A stretch of DNA of 64,000 bases, taken from Fimbriosthenelais zetlandica. Taxonomy: Eukaryota. Below the pieces are notes generated by a model that was not told the origin of the DNA, did not search any database, and saw nothing but the letters and a program-made list of their open reading frames with translations. Below are positions 25,120-38,466 of this stretch, piece after piece. The stretch covers positions 15,934,001 through 15,998,000 of the forward strand of contig OZ365109.1 of assembly GCA_977030845.1 (NCBI GenBank), read 5' to 3'. The translations under genes and the position numbers were made by a program. Position 1 is the first letter of the stretch, and each line of letters begins with the position of its first letter.

Positions 25120-26392
25120 CATCTTACTCATAAAGCCTGGTCCCCACTACCACGATAGACCACTAGGATAAAGGTCTCACCGACTAGCACCTTATAGCCT
25201 GAACCCAATGAGCTACCATCTCCCTACGATCTGCTTGAACATGCTCAAAATAAGGACGTAGAATGTTCTGGTCCATGAGGAATACAGGAACATGATCGTA
25301 GGTTCATTCCATATACTTTTTCAGTAGGTCCATTCCACATAAGTTATTGTTGTAATCGGATCGTAAAGCAGATTGTAGGGAGATCGTAGCTCACTGAGTT
25401 CAGCCTATTGCTCATAAAGCTGCATGCGCACACACAATACAATGACAGGATTGATAAGCTCGAACCATTGGCGGGGATTTCCCTGGATTCGATGTGCTTT
25501 CGTTATGCATGAACTAATTTAGGTGACTTACTATATATACTACTTATATACTACATATTTTCGTAGATGTATTATAATGTACATGTAGGCTATACAGTAT
25601 GCATGGTTGCATAATGGTTCAGTGATTCTGTGTTTGAACATCGGAGTAACAGACAGAATCTTTGACAGAGATTTTTTCACTCAATGAGTCTAAAGTCTAA
25701 AATGTCAAAAAATAAAATTATAGTGACAGCCAAAACTACAGAAAATGCCCATTTCAGACAATTTTCTGTCCAACTGGGAGAAATTCAGAATGGACAAGAC
25801 GTACAAAGATGAACTTTTCGCAATTTAACTCACAAAAACATTGTATACTCGCTTTTAATGCGAAATTCTAAGAGAAATAAAGCTTGTTTACAACACTTTA
25901 AAAGCCCGTAGCGCTGAATGGCCTTCTCTTTAAACAAATTATCTAAGTGACTTGCCGTGACTTAATACCACTTAAGAATACTTTAGAAGTATAAAACACT
26001 GTTTTCTACTTCTAAATAATATGATAAATGGGGGTAATAAGTCCCAGGGGGTAATAGGCAGCACTACTTAGAAAGGTCATCATAATTTCATTTATTACCG
26101 GCACATCGTTCCAAATGTCCAGGATCGAACAAATATTATTATTTCTTGTATGTTATATAATACCACTTGGATGATGCTACTTAGTAATAAAAGGAAATTA
26201 GTGTAATCAAACCTGTAATCTTCAACTATCTGGATTGCGTTTAAGCATTGCAAACCAAAATAAACCATATTATAATCGTTATTTAATATCGACAATAATT
26301 CGCACTACATAGATCTATAGGCCTACATTGTATATCTTATTGTATAATGTCTCAGCATAACGAATTTTATGAACACAAAAACTAGTAAAGTG

Positions 26393-29300
26393 CTAGGTAG
26401 CAGTATGGACTTGTGCCCCTCCCATAACTGAGGTGATATCGGACATGGTGTCAAAATAACTTCCCATTCCCGCTGATGTAACACGACTTAGTCCAGTCCT
26501 TGGAGGAGCATACCTGACCCATGGTGCCACATTGATCCTGGTCTCTAACATTGACTTGGCCTGGGCATAAACAGCCGATCCTTCACACCATTCCAGTGCT
26601 TTCTCAAGGGTAAGTTCAGGATACTGGGTAACATCTTGACCATGGGTTTTCACAAAGGACCAGAAGGAATTTAGCTCAGCATTTTCGATTAGCACTGACT
26701 CAGCAAGGGCATAGTCCTCTAAAAGGTCATCCATTAACCCAGCAGCACATTTAGCAGCAATGAAAGTCAGGTTGCACAATGAGTATGAAATGCAGGATGG
26801 ATTGGATCCAAGAATGGATGCAGTAGGAAGTTCACACAACTTAGCATGGTTAAAGTACACACAACCGTTCCTTGGGTTTGCAGCATACAATGGCTGAGGT
26901 GAAAGGGACCTCCCGGGATATCTATCATGCATTTCACATGTGAAGTAGTTAGCAATTAGACTGTAGTATTTTTCCTTCAGATAGTCTTCATGTCCAATGT
27001 ATCGCTTAACGATCGCCTCTGCCATCTGTCTATCAGCTATGGTAAGGACATTGTGTCCATTCGTTGAGGAATCGACAAGGTGATCACCAAGGTCATGCCG
27101 CAGCTTTGAGAAGATACTATGAGGGAAACGCTTTGTTGGAGGTGGATTAACAAGTAACACTGACTGCAGTACTTCATCATCAGCAGAGAGAATATCAAGC
27201 AAATGAGGTTCACTCAAACCACGTCTGGACAAATGGAGCAATGACAAAACATGGGCAACCAGGGTTTTGCCATGATCAAGTTCCAGCTTTTCCAGAAACT
27301 TCAAAAGCATTTCGGCTTGGTCGTTGCTGAATGCTGTGAGTTTCTCAGTAGAAGACCAATGGCAGCTCCTTTCAAAGAGTAATTGCAGTCTGTACATGTT
27401 TGAACATTGGCCAGACCCATCGATAGATGCTATGACAATCTGATCTAATTGGTTCGGTTGAAGAGTTCGGTGTATGCTTCCAAACTTGCCAACAAGTACG
27501 TCATGAGTTTGCACTTTATCTAGGGGTAAGATATGCAGAGTTTGACTTGCTTGCATAAGATCAGTTACAAGTTCCTTGTTTCGATCTTGAACAGAAACAA
27601 CCATTTTTACATGTCTAGGTAGTTCTGTTGGCACCCAGGTTTTCGGAGACCCATTTCTCAGGTCATCAATTGAATCAAAGAAGAAAAAGAGAGGTTCCTC
27701 TACTGAAGCTTTGGAGAGCAGGTTTTTGAAAATCCCTCCCAGGTTCTCCAAATCGAGACATTTTTCTGCCTGTAGCATTATTTCGTACGACTTCTTTGTT
27801 GAACATGTAATTCGTAACTGCTGACTAACACTTCTTAGGAAATCTGATGTTGTGAGCTTCTTCTGCAGAGTACAAAACCTGGTAATTATGACAGGGTTGA
27901 TGTCATCTCTTTCCTCAGAGATCTCGGAGAGTTGGGTGATGGTAGCTGCCATAAGTGACGTCTTCCCACAGCCTCTCCCTCCATGCACTATCAAGGGACT
28001 GTTGGAATCATCCGCTATATAATGAATGATCTTGTGGACAAGGGTATCCCTCCCGAAGAACATATCAGCCTTGGACAAACAATACCGAGCTTGACTTGCA
28101 ATATCGACAACTAGATCTTCAGGGTAGTCTTCTCTGTCAGAAGCTGAGAGCAGTCGTGATTTCATTTCCTTCAGCACTGAAGCTGTTAAATGATTCAAGT
28201 AGTCAAGATGGGTAGACTCATTTATACCAAAGGGACTCCAGTTGATAGAATACTTTTTGCATTTCACCTTCATGCTTTTGAAACGTCTTTTCAAACCATC
28301 TAGACGCTTCTTCAGTTTCATGTCTCTGCTGTGCTCTTTCCGATTGACATCGACATAAAGGCTGATAATCTTTTGGCTGGCACTGTGATTGTCTGCCACC
28401 TTCAGAGGACTGAGCTGTGGTATGTTTCTGATAATACATAAAGTCCTGCTGGAGACAGTAGATTCATTATCGAACATCAATGACACCTGACATCCGAATG
28501 GAGAGATCTCCCATTTATCTTTTCGTTCTTGTTTAAAGCCATAACTCTGGTCAACAGCATCTTTCATGATATGAAAAAGATGAGACTCAGTGGACGACCA
28601 CCTGGCCGACATTAACTTCCGTTCATGCTTGTCTGAAATAATAATGATTTAAAAGGTTTTGCAATGTCAAATTAGGGGATAAACTTAAGCCTGTTACAGT
28701 ACTCCACTGCTGCGATTTTGCTTGCATTATTTCTGAGACAAACTGATGCATATATGTCACAATGAATAAGGTACCAGTGGAGGACGGTCTTAAGGCCTTG
28801 GACTCTTTCACCAGTCCACCGTTGATAAATTTCATTGCGACACAAGCATCACCTTTGTCGCAGTAGCGTTGCAAGAAAAATCGCAGCAGTGGAATACTGC
28901 TTTAATTCCAGATTTACCCTTGCTATATTTTCTATGAAGTCAATTTTAAATTCTATATTAACTATACTGACCTGGTGAAACAATTAATGGCTCGTTTGGC
29001 ACAAATCGTCGTAGTCTGTATGCTGGAGGCATTGCATTTTCATCTAAGACATACCAACGCTCCACCGTCTCTCTGGCATCTTCATCCTCAATAGAAGATA
29101 GAATGTACTCATGTTCATATTTCTCGATGTACTCAGGCAAACCGGGCGTTCCATATTTATTTGTTAGAATATGAACGACACATGGAACTCCTTCGATTGT
29201 CTGTTCTCTACATCTTTGCATTTCCTCCAGACAAATCCTAGAGAATCCTTTATCAAAAACAGAGGCATCAGCTTGTCCCCATCCTAGGTCAACCGCCATG

Positions 29301-30147
29301 AAAGCAATGCCATTTTGATCACATATTTCTCGGATCTTTGGGTAAGTGTCCCTCATAAGGAAGTTCCTTTCAGCTTTGGTGTCACAGAAAGTGCAAGAGA
29401 TGAAGAGACGAAGCATTTTCTTGGGGACTTTTGAAGATGCTTGGAGATCTCCTCTCAGCAAGGCAGTTATGGCATCTTCAGATGACATCTCTTCTAACCG
29501 AGCATGGATAGCATCTTGCTTTAGTTTTCTTCTGGAATCCTGCATAAGTTAAATCATCAATTTGTATTACAGTTAAAACCCGGTATTAAATTTAAAATAC
29601 ACACTGAAGATAAAGATACAGATATAGATAGAAAAGTAAAGCATTGCCAAGTAAAATAAAGCATTAGGCCTACCTCCATATTTTTGACAGAAGCCCCATC
29701 CTCATCTCTCCAGTCCATGAACAATTTATTACCATTTGGACACGTTGGTCTCCAATAGGAGTATTTATATAACCCATCTTCACATAACTCTTTACCAATG
29801 CTCGGTTCCATGTTCTTCAAATTATCCATCAGCCAAAGCAAGTATATCTTCCCCTTCCCCTTGGGCTCCACTTGTGAATTGCCTGGTAAGGTACTTCCAC
29901 CATTTTTACTTTTGTCCTGAAAATCATTCCTTCTTGTTCTGATATTGCCTGTGCCTTCTGTATTCATTGGAAGGCCTCCACATTCCTCTTCCACATATGG
30001 ATTTGTATTTTCTTCCATCTCTGGTAGTTTTCCTTCGCGGATCATGGTGTCCATCCTGGTCCGGTGTCGACGCATCATCCGGTCAAGTTCCCATTCATGA
30101 AACATACCCAGCCGGTCAGTGACCTGGCTCTTCCATGTCCTAAACAT
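26393..30147 (-). CDS. NWD1/2-related STAND NTPase: death-domain-like N-terminus - DUF4062 - NACHT - helical region, no WD40 (~1093 aa, 3 coding exons)
   Basis: Exons 30147-29674, 29539-28972 and 28632-26393 join in frame (GAG|gtaggc..cag|GAT; CCAG|gtcagt..ttcag|AC). DUF4062 motif RLFISCTFCDTKAERNFLMRDTYPKIREIC..AVDLGWG; Walker A VHGGRGCGKTSLMA; Walker B LFFFFDSIDDL; NWD-type helical motifs RRGLSEPHLLDILSADDEVL, RFPHSIFSKLRHDL and FNHAKLCELP. Confidence 0.9.
28685..28905. mobile_element. TTAA-flanked MITE, family B copy 1 (intron 2 of the NACHT gene)
   Basis: Inverted repeats ccactgctgcgattttgcttgca / tgcaagaaaaatcgcagcagtgg, with TTAA at both outer ends. The internal cacaagcatc(a/g)cctttgtcgcag is shared with 50236-50453. 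Confidence 0.75.
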
Positions 30148-30333
30148 GCTGAACCTGTAAGAGTGGGTTAGGAGATAATAATCTCATACATGTATAATGT
30201 ATATATAGGCCTAATAGTCAATTTCTTATGAGTCTAACCACTGTGTTCTGTCGCTATACTCAAGGATACAATGAGGAAGGAACTATAACTGAACATGTTA
30301 AGGCATGGCTTTTCACGACTAAATACCCAAACT

Positions 30334-31041
30334 ACACTGTAAGTCCAAGTGTTTAGGTTGTGAACACTTATATCTGTAACGGTTAGTAAACACTTTAACG
30401 CGTTTAGAGATAAACACCATGTTTAACTATCGTTTAGTGAGATAAACGCACTAGATGTTTTTGCAGAAAACACCAACATGTTTACAAAAAAACACCGACA
30501 CGTTTAGTTTAAAAACGTATTGACATGTTTATTAACTGTAACGGTTATAAACACCCGAGAGTGTTTATCATGAACATTATGAACACTGGTGTTTAGGATT
30601 TGGGTCTTTGACAAAGTTACAATGAAAGCTGACATATGATATTAAAAAGCAATGCAAGTTTTGAATAAAAATTAATTAAGACAACAAAATTGTATCTGAA
30701 AAAAGGACTTTTTTCAAAGTGCGTTGAGGTGGCCCCATATTTGAAGAGACTTTAAAAAAGAATTCTAAGTGTGTTGAGGTGGACCCATATTTTAACACAC
30801 TTTGAAATATTTCTCCAAAGTGCGTTGAGGTGGCCGCATATATTAATTATGAAATACTTTTTTCAATGTGAGTAATTTTTTCAAAGCTGGTTGTTACAAG
30901 CGTAGAAAATTTTGAAAAAATATTACTTTTTCAAAGGGTATTAGACTTTTACATAAATAACTCACTTTGAAAAAGTCTCATTTTTCAAAGTCTGTTGAGA
31001 GGTCCCCATATTTTTTACACAATTTGAAACAATTATTCAAA
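30334..31041. mobile_element. CACTG-terminated non-autonomous element (EnSpm/CACTA-like ends) with many TAAACAC words and four copies of a ~25-bp subrepeat
   Basis: Left end tacactgtaa, right end ttacagtgca. Subrepeat caaagtgcgttgaggtggccccatatt at ~30716, 30767, 30817 and 30986. Confidence 0.55.
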
Positions 31042-33052
31042 GTTACAGTGCAGCCATGTCTAATGAGGACACACATATCCATATCCTACACATAATATTA
31101 TTTTAGGAATTAATGAATTTAATGAATTAATCCGCTGATCAAATTCAACTGGTCTCTATACAGTACCCCAAGCATGCTGAAAATGGCTGACGGCAGCAAC
31201 ACATCATGTTTCCCGTTGAAATTTTCTTCGGGAAGTTCCTGCAGAAATAAATAAATGTTTATTGATGGATCAGTGCTAAAAATGATTAAATAGCCACCAT
31301 TTCTAAATTACCTACAAAAGATAGCACTTATTTCTGTAGGAAATATCTTAATCTGATACACTGGTAAACATGGTGTTTACATAGCTTAACGTGTAGTGTT
31401 TATGTATAAACATTGTTTTGAAAGTGATCGGGCAATTTAAATTATTATTTCCAGGTTTATTAAATTTACCATGTATGAATCCACCACAACCAGGAAGTTT
31501 TTTAACCAATCTTGACGTTTCTAGATCGGCATAAATAGTGGTAATAGTATCTTTTCCTTAAAAAGCGTCACATGTTATTCAATTAGACTTAGAGGATGTC
31601 GCGATCATGCAATCATGGAACCCCAATCATGTGCAGGGACCTTAGTTTGCCTTTCCACACGGCGTCACTTGTCTCTCTCACTCCTGCATATGGTCCCATG
31701 ATCGCGACCCCCTCTCTAATTGAACAGTTGTGGCCTTACAAGGCCTGAAAATCAGAAAATTGTGGTAAAATTGACTTACTTGTTGGCTACTCAATGGCTA
31801 CTCCATGAACTGGTAAACTCTCCCCGGAAGTCATCTAGTGCGCATGTGCAAGAGGCCGAGTTATAAATGGCATGTTTATATTGAAGTCACTCAATAATAA
31901 ACATCAGTGTTTAATTTCCATTATAAAAAGCTGTGTGTGGGGCATTGGTCCTCTCTATGTGGGGATATAGGCCTAAACACCTGACACCTAAACATTGCAT
32001 TTAAACATAATGTTTAGTTTAAAAACACATTTCTTCAATTATAAATGCCCCTGTTTCGTTTCTAAACGCGTTAGGTGTTCAGTGGATTTGCAGTGTACAA
32101 ATATAATTGAACTAAATTATTTAGAACGAACCTTACTCAATAGCCTATCAAACATTTATAAGTGGGTTATATGGACTCACTAACACAAAGTACTTAAATG
32201 TTGGCGTCAAGCACCTGGATTTGTCTGAAGTGGTGGGCTTTAATAATAGGCTATTGTTCACATTATTTTCCTAAATTGGCTAATACATTCAATCACGTCT
32301 TATTTGGATAGTGTTCACATAATCTCCTCATGCTTTACCGGGGTAAAATAGCATAGGGAAATGAACATTCAGCCAGATCTTGCTTATTATGGAATTCCAC
32401 CAATGTTACAGCCAGAAATTAGAATGCAAACCTTGAGTACTGTAAAATAAAATTATATACAATTTTTTGATTGAATAAATGACAAGAAAAATGTATAATA
32501 TAATTGTTATGCATGCTCACCTGTGAAGCACATATATTAGACGTTGGGATTTTCTTTCCGTTCAGGACCTAAATGTTATATAGCTGTGGTATTGTGTTGT
32601 GAGTTTCTATGCGAGGTCCCCCGCATACATGTGCCAAACGATCGGGGCACTAAGGCAATCCCAAGGGAAGTGTAGACAAATGAGTTATAAGCCTTATAAC
32701 TGACGCAGGAAAGTACCCAGTGCTATGATTTACTCGAGCAGGCTATTAAGCTTCTTGGCCAGGACGAGCAAAAGTCTGGGCCAAGTTCAAGCACATTTGA
32801 TAACATAGCAAACCAATTTCCCAATACAATATTGATCACTTAACAAATCTGAACAAAATTTCAAATCAAATATATCAAAAGAACATGATAGTATAAAATA
32901 GGCATGGGGCAAATATTTCTTGTAGTATATTATGATATATAATTATTTATTCAGGTTTCGCGTAGTTTCTTATGATACTCTAGTAAAGACCCTGTAGAAA
33001 TTATATTACTAATTAAAATTAATGACACTGGTGAGTTGTGTAGGCTAAAAAC

Positions 33053-36000
33053 TCAGAAGCGTCTGTTGAATATAAAGCGACAGTCGCTGACAGGTTGCTG
33101 AGTACCAATCAGATGTAATGGACTCTGAAAACGTAAATTAACAAGTGTGATGAATATAATATATTTTTATCTTGTTTTTAATATTCAATATTATCCAAAC
33201 TATTTAATTCTTTATCATAATATAACTCACGTGCTTTGGAACTGAATCTAGTAGTTTAATATCGTAGTAGTAAAGGACTAGAATGATGTAGATTTGAAGT
33301 TCCATTAATGCAAACCACCTAAAACGTGAGAGAAGGAACTTGTATAATATTATTATTAAAGTGTTTCCAAAAGGAATAAATCGGCCGAAGTTCTTTTAAT
33401 TTCGAAATGTCTTATAGACAGCTATAATACTTTGAGACACTCATGTTTTAGAAATTTCTTAATAACAGTGTTTGAAATAGCCGCTCTGAGGCACTATGTC
33501 ACATATAAAGTTTAAAATATTATTATAATATTAGGCATAAGCCTATGTAGGTCTATTATATTACCTCCCGGGACACTGATACCGCCCTCCACCAAATGCA
33601 ACAAATCCTTCCAAGAAAACATTTTTATTCAGATCCACCGTTTCTCCCTTCATCCACCGCGACTAGAAAATGAGATTCATAAGCACACACCAAACTTTAC
33701 CGAATATCTTATGGGCGTAGACCAGCGCCACCTGAGAATTGTGCGAAAGATGGACAAAATAAATGCTGGTTGCCTATATCCCCGGAGTGAAAAGAAATAC
33801 CATATGCACCTTAAATAACCTTAGAACATTTAGACAGAACTCACTAAATTGGAGAACTCACTTTTGGAGATAATCAATATAAATTTGTCACTATTACTCA
33901 CTGGTTTGTATGCCTCAGGATCAGGGAAATATTTAGGGTTCCTATGCGCCCAGTATGGTGATAGAAGTAGGAGATCACCTTCCGGAATATTGTAACCCTA
34001 GAAAATATAAAAATAATAAATAAGTTATAGTATAGGAGCATCCCTGTTCTGAACAACCGCCAAATGTATTTAATTTTAATATCAGGATAATGCTAATATC
34101 AGATGCAGTGTAAGTTTATATCCATTTATATAAAGTTTTATAGCAATTTAATATATTAATTTAATAATAATTAATTTTGATTTCGATCTATATATAAGGC
34201 AACAAATCATTATTCCCACCCTCAGGGCAAAGGATCGCTTCACGCCTCTGGCGACTGCCCCAGGTGAACGGAGACGTATGGCTTCAAGTATAACCGCTTT
34301 GATATACACTAACTTCTGCAGCTTTTCTCCTGTCATATCGGGAATCTTACCATCTGAGAAAAAAAAATTGAAAAAAGAATGTATAAAGAATTTTCCCTTT
34401 AGGATCATTTCAAAACTCTATGTTGAAAAGGGCCTTATTACCTTTTGCTGGGGAACCGAAAACTGACTCAATCTGACGACGACATTCTGACAAAATTTCA
34501 GGATGAGAATGGAGAAAAGCCAAAGTCCAGAATGAAACCTAGAAATACAAATTTTGTTCATGATCCAGTTGTCTATGCTGCTGATCAGTTCTAACCAATA
34601 AGAGGTCACCAATCCGTTCTTGCTAGCTCTGCTATGTACAAGGTGGCCTCGATCAAGAGCCGTACTAAACGGTACTTTACCATGCATTCTGATTTGGATA
34701 ATCTAACATCTTGGACAAAGCATGGTGGCCTATATGAATTTATTCTGGGGCAAATCACCATATTCAGGAATTGATTTCTCTCTACCAAGACATCATACAG
34801 CTATAGTTTTTAATGGAATCAAGTATCGAAGGAACTACCTACTTTATCCAGATACCTATTATGTTTCATATCCCTTTCAATATTTAATAATATGATAGAA
34901 CAGTGGGTATCATTTATGTTTATTTCTGCAGGTTTGTTACTTGTTCCTCACTTTTTTATAATTATGATGATTAACTATTCGAGCAGGTACGTATAAGCAC
35001 TTACAGGGATAGCATTAGCCAATATTGCCCACATTAGCATCATGGCAGAGTTGGGAGCGATATCATTCCCTACTCTTAGAAGAACTCTTTCAAGCAAGGT
35101 CTGAAATGAGTAAAACACATAAAAGTATAGGCATATGAAAATCATCATTAGTCACACTCAAAGAGGTACCGGTAAGTCACTTCGGTCAAAATTAAATATT
35201 GATACTAAAATGTGTTTACAGCTTTAACGATTTTCTAGTTCATTTATTAAATCATTGAATCAATCTATTATGAACCTGTTCATCAACGGGAACCTTTTGA
35301 GGGTCCAGTTTCTGTACCACCTTTCTGATCATGTCCAAAAGCCAATCCCTGGATGAAACCCACTTGCTGAAATAGTACATCAAGATGCTTGAGATATGTT
35401 TTCCTCATTTATCTGTATTTCAAAGGAAATTCTGAATTGTTTGTTAAATGATTATAATATTTATGGGGTATCATATTACTGTATGCCTACCTAAGGAATA
35501 TGCCGGGCACCTGTGCGCCATACTCAAACTGGTCATCGTACCTCACAAAATGATCCTCAAACACTTTGAACATTTCCTGTATCGTCAAGATATACACAAT
35601 CAACTGTTATTTTCTTATTCATGTATGACGAATGGAATTCTATTATAAATCACATACAAATTCAACATCATAAATAATCTTTTTCGTCATGGGACATGTT
35701 TTAATGACCAAAATGGATAACTAACTGATACTATATGGGTCAGGGTATGGGCTTACATTTGTTGTAGGTAGAATTCGGTTTCCATAGAGGTTATCAAGAA
35801 CTGCCTTGTACATACTCGTTCTAATCATGCCGTTTAAATTCCCTTCTCCTCCAAGCGAAAATTAAAAAATGGCTATAATTAATAACTGAAATATCTGATA
35901 AAGAGAAAAAACTAATTTGAAAAACTAATTTCCTGATAATAATCTGATAATATCATCATGAATGGAATTTCAGGAAGGAAATTGATGGGAATACAAAAAG

Positions 36001-37073
36001 AAAACCAAATGTTACCTTTTTCTCCCCATTCCAGAATATGCCCAGCAAAGTGTTTGGCCAGTTTGTCAGTCATGGCTGGGAGGTAAGCTGGTGCCAAGAA
36101 TCCCTTCACAGTATCATGAAGTTCAGCATGGTATTTGCCAAACTCTGAAACTGGCATAGATGCTGAGAAAAGAAAGCATGTATAATACATTTACATACTA
36201 CAAATGTCATGTTTTCTTTGCACTGTAATTCTTACAGAATAATACCCTGCACATTTATCCATCATTTCCAAGAAATTTTGGTAAAATTAATCTTTTTGGG
36301 ACATTACAATCTGAGGGGACATAAGGTATTTACCTGTCTTTTCAATCACATCATTGAGTCCCATAAGAAAGTCTGTATTCTTCCCATCAAAGAAATGTTT
36401 GGCATCTTCAGCTTCTGTGAGGAAAGTTATCCGTTTTCCAGCAGCCAAGATGCTGAAAACCGGTCCATGCTCGAAAAAAAAATATAGAAATAATAAAATT
36501 ATAGTTTTAATATTACCTGCTGTCATTATAACTGGAATATAAAGTATTTTACATTTATCAGAAATGAAAAATAGGCTTATATAGTACGGTACAGTAGAGT
36601 ATTATTCTGACGTTCAGAAAAAATAGAGATATAAAGGAGAACATATCTAGCTGTCATCTAATATATCGGTACAGCTTTCATTGCTATTATTTCAAGCATG
36701 ACATTTTGTACTGATCCCTTTTCCACACAATTTACATGACCCAGTATTTGGACCCCCTTAGTAATGGTAGTTTTGTGTATGAAGACGTACATGTTTGTAT
36801 ATGGGGAGGAAAAGGGTATATTAGACCACCAAAGCAAACCCTAAACATGCAGTGCATACATTTACAGATAATATTTACCTTTCGTCGGGCCTTGTCAATA
36901 TAGAGTAAAGGTGCTTTTCCAAACTCAATGGCTATACCCATCCAAGGTATCCAACCGGCCAGGTAAGGTGGGGCATTGGCAGGCCTATACCGGGAGTGGA
37001 CGATGGTCAGTATCAATAAAGTGACCAGTAAAAGTAGAGTCGGTATTGCTAGGATTGACAGTGGATCGGCCAT
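33053..37073 (-). CDS. CYP39A1: Cytochrome P450, CYP39A1-like (oxysterol 7-alpha-hydroxylase family), 13 exons, ~475 aa
   Basis: Exons 37073-36879, 36469-36334, 36162-36016, 35848-35757, 35576-35491, 35366-35276, 35100-35005, 34538-34442, 34353-34220, 33997-33902, 33662-33565, 33318-33231 and 33124-33053 keep phase. Diagnostic motifs: GWIPWMGIAIEFGKAP, YDDQFEYGAQVP, MWAILANAIP, EAIR (ExxR), LSPYWAHRNPKYFPDPE, heme motif FGGGRYQCPGR, and HLIGTQQP. Confidence 0.93.
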
Positions 37074-38466
37074 CTTGAAAGATCAATACTGTAAACATGA
37101 ATGTAAAGAACCCTGCAGGGGTATTGATAAACTGTGTTGGTGCTGATAGCGCCAGGGTCCGTGAGTGTATGATATAGTTCCCATATGGCCTGTTGGTCGA
37201 TCTTTGCCCGATCAGCTGAGGTTTAGTTCTCCTTAAAGCCAAAGGATGTCACTGATGTATGGACAAATCTCTCTGTATGATCAATACTGATATGGAAATT
37301 CCTTTCTTAAAATCATTTGTTTTCTTAAAATCTCTTTTCTTTTCATAAAATCTCCTAAACTAAATAACAAATTGAAGAAGGCAGACACGGGTCCAGGTTG
37401 GGCCCAAAGGGTATAGGGCGGCAATTGAGGCGAAACCTCGACTTCCCACGCCCTCAGCGATTTTTTTAGCTTGGGAAAAAGCAAATAGCTTGGATTTTTT
37501 AGGCTTAGGGGAACTTGGGATTGAAGAGGCTGCCACGCGCGTTATCGGGAAAGAGGAAACAATTAATAATATTTTGTTTTCGATTTTTTAATGACAATGA
37601 GCATTATTATTCTACACATAATCCATACATGGATTTGAAGTAAAAAATACTTCAATGCTATTAATCGATATATAAATATAGCTGGTGGACTATTATATTG
37701 AGGATTGTGAGCATAATTATAATGGTCAAATGTAATGCTAGACTTATATACAATTATATACCATATAATAACATCAGAATGAGATGGAATGTAGAGGTTT
37801 ATAAGTGAGGAAAGTAGGTATTCAAATTATCAGGCTTATTGTTAGACCTAAACGATCTGATCCTAATCAATTCACTTGATTATTAGCTGGAATTCCTGAT
37901 GAAAACTCGGGCAGTTTTTCAATGCACCAACATAACACAATAATCTATTAGCAAATAATAGGCCATGGAACACATGTACAAATGAGAGTACCGGTATAAA
38001 TAAATTATCCAAAAACAGGATCGACAGGGTATTTCAAATTTCGCATTTGTAGGGCGTGTTCTACAATACAGATATACCGTTGGTAAAGAGTTTTTACTAT
38101 CACATCAAATCTGATATGTAGTTATAATAATTATATTGTGTAAATATACCTCTTAACCCAAAAGGATTTATATGAATTTACTCTCAGATTAAAATATCAA
38201 TACACGAGATAATCCTCATGTAAATCAGGTTCATGTACAATTCATCTATCGGAGATTCCTAAAAAATAGAGAATAATTCGAATATCTGCTCTTTAGGGGA
38301 CTAGGCTACATGTTAAACTGTAGACTCTGCATGCACATGTGCTTTTAGAGTGGTTTCATTTGTCAGGATATCAAATACCAAATAAATTGCAACATTGGTC
38401 CCGAATATTATACATGCAATGTATGCAAGTGCATGTACATTAAAAGAGGCACATCGGTTTTTAATG

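Noticed and set aside
26393-30147. Three separate ORFs suggesting a broken pseudogene
   Set aside because: Canonical GT-AG introns (29673-29540 and 28971-28633) join them in frame without stops.
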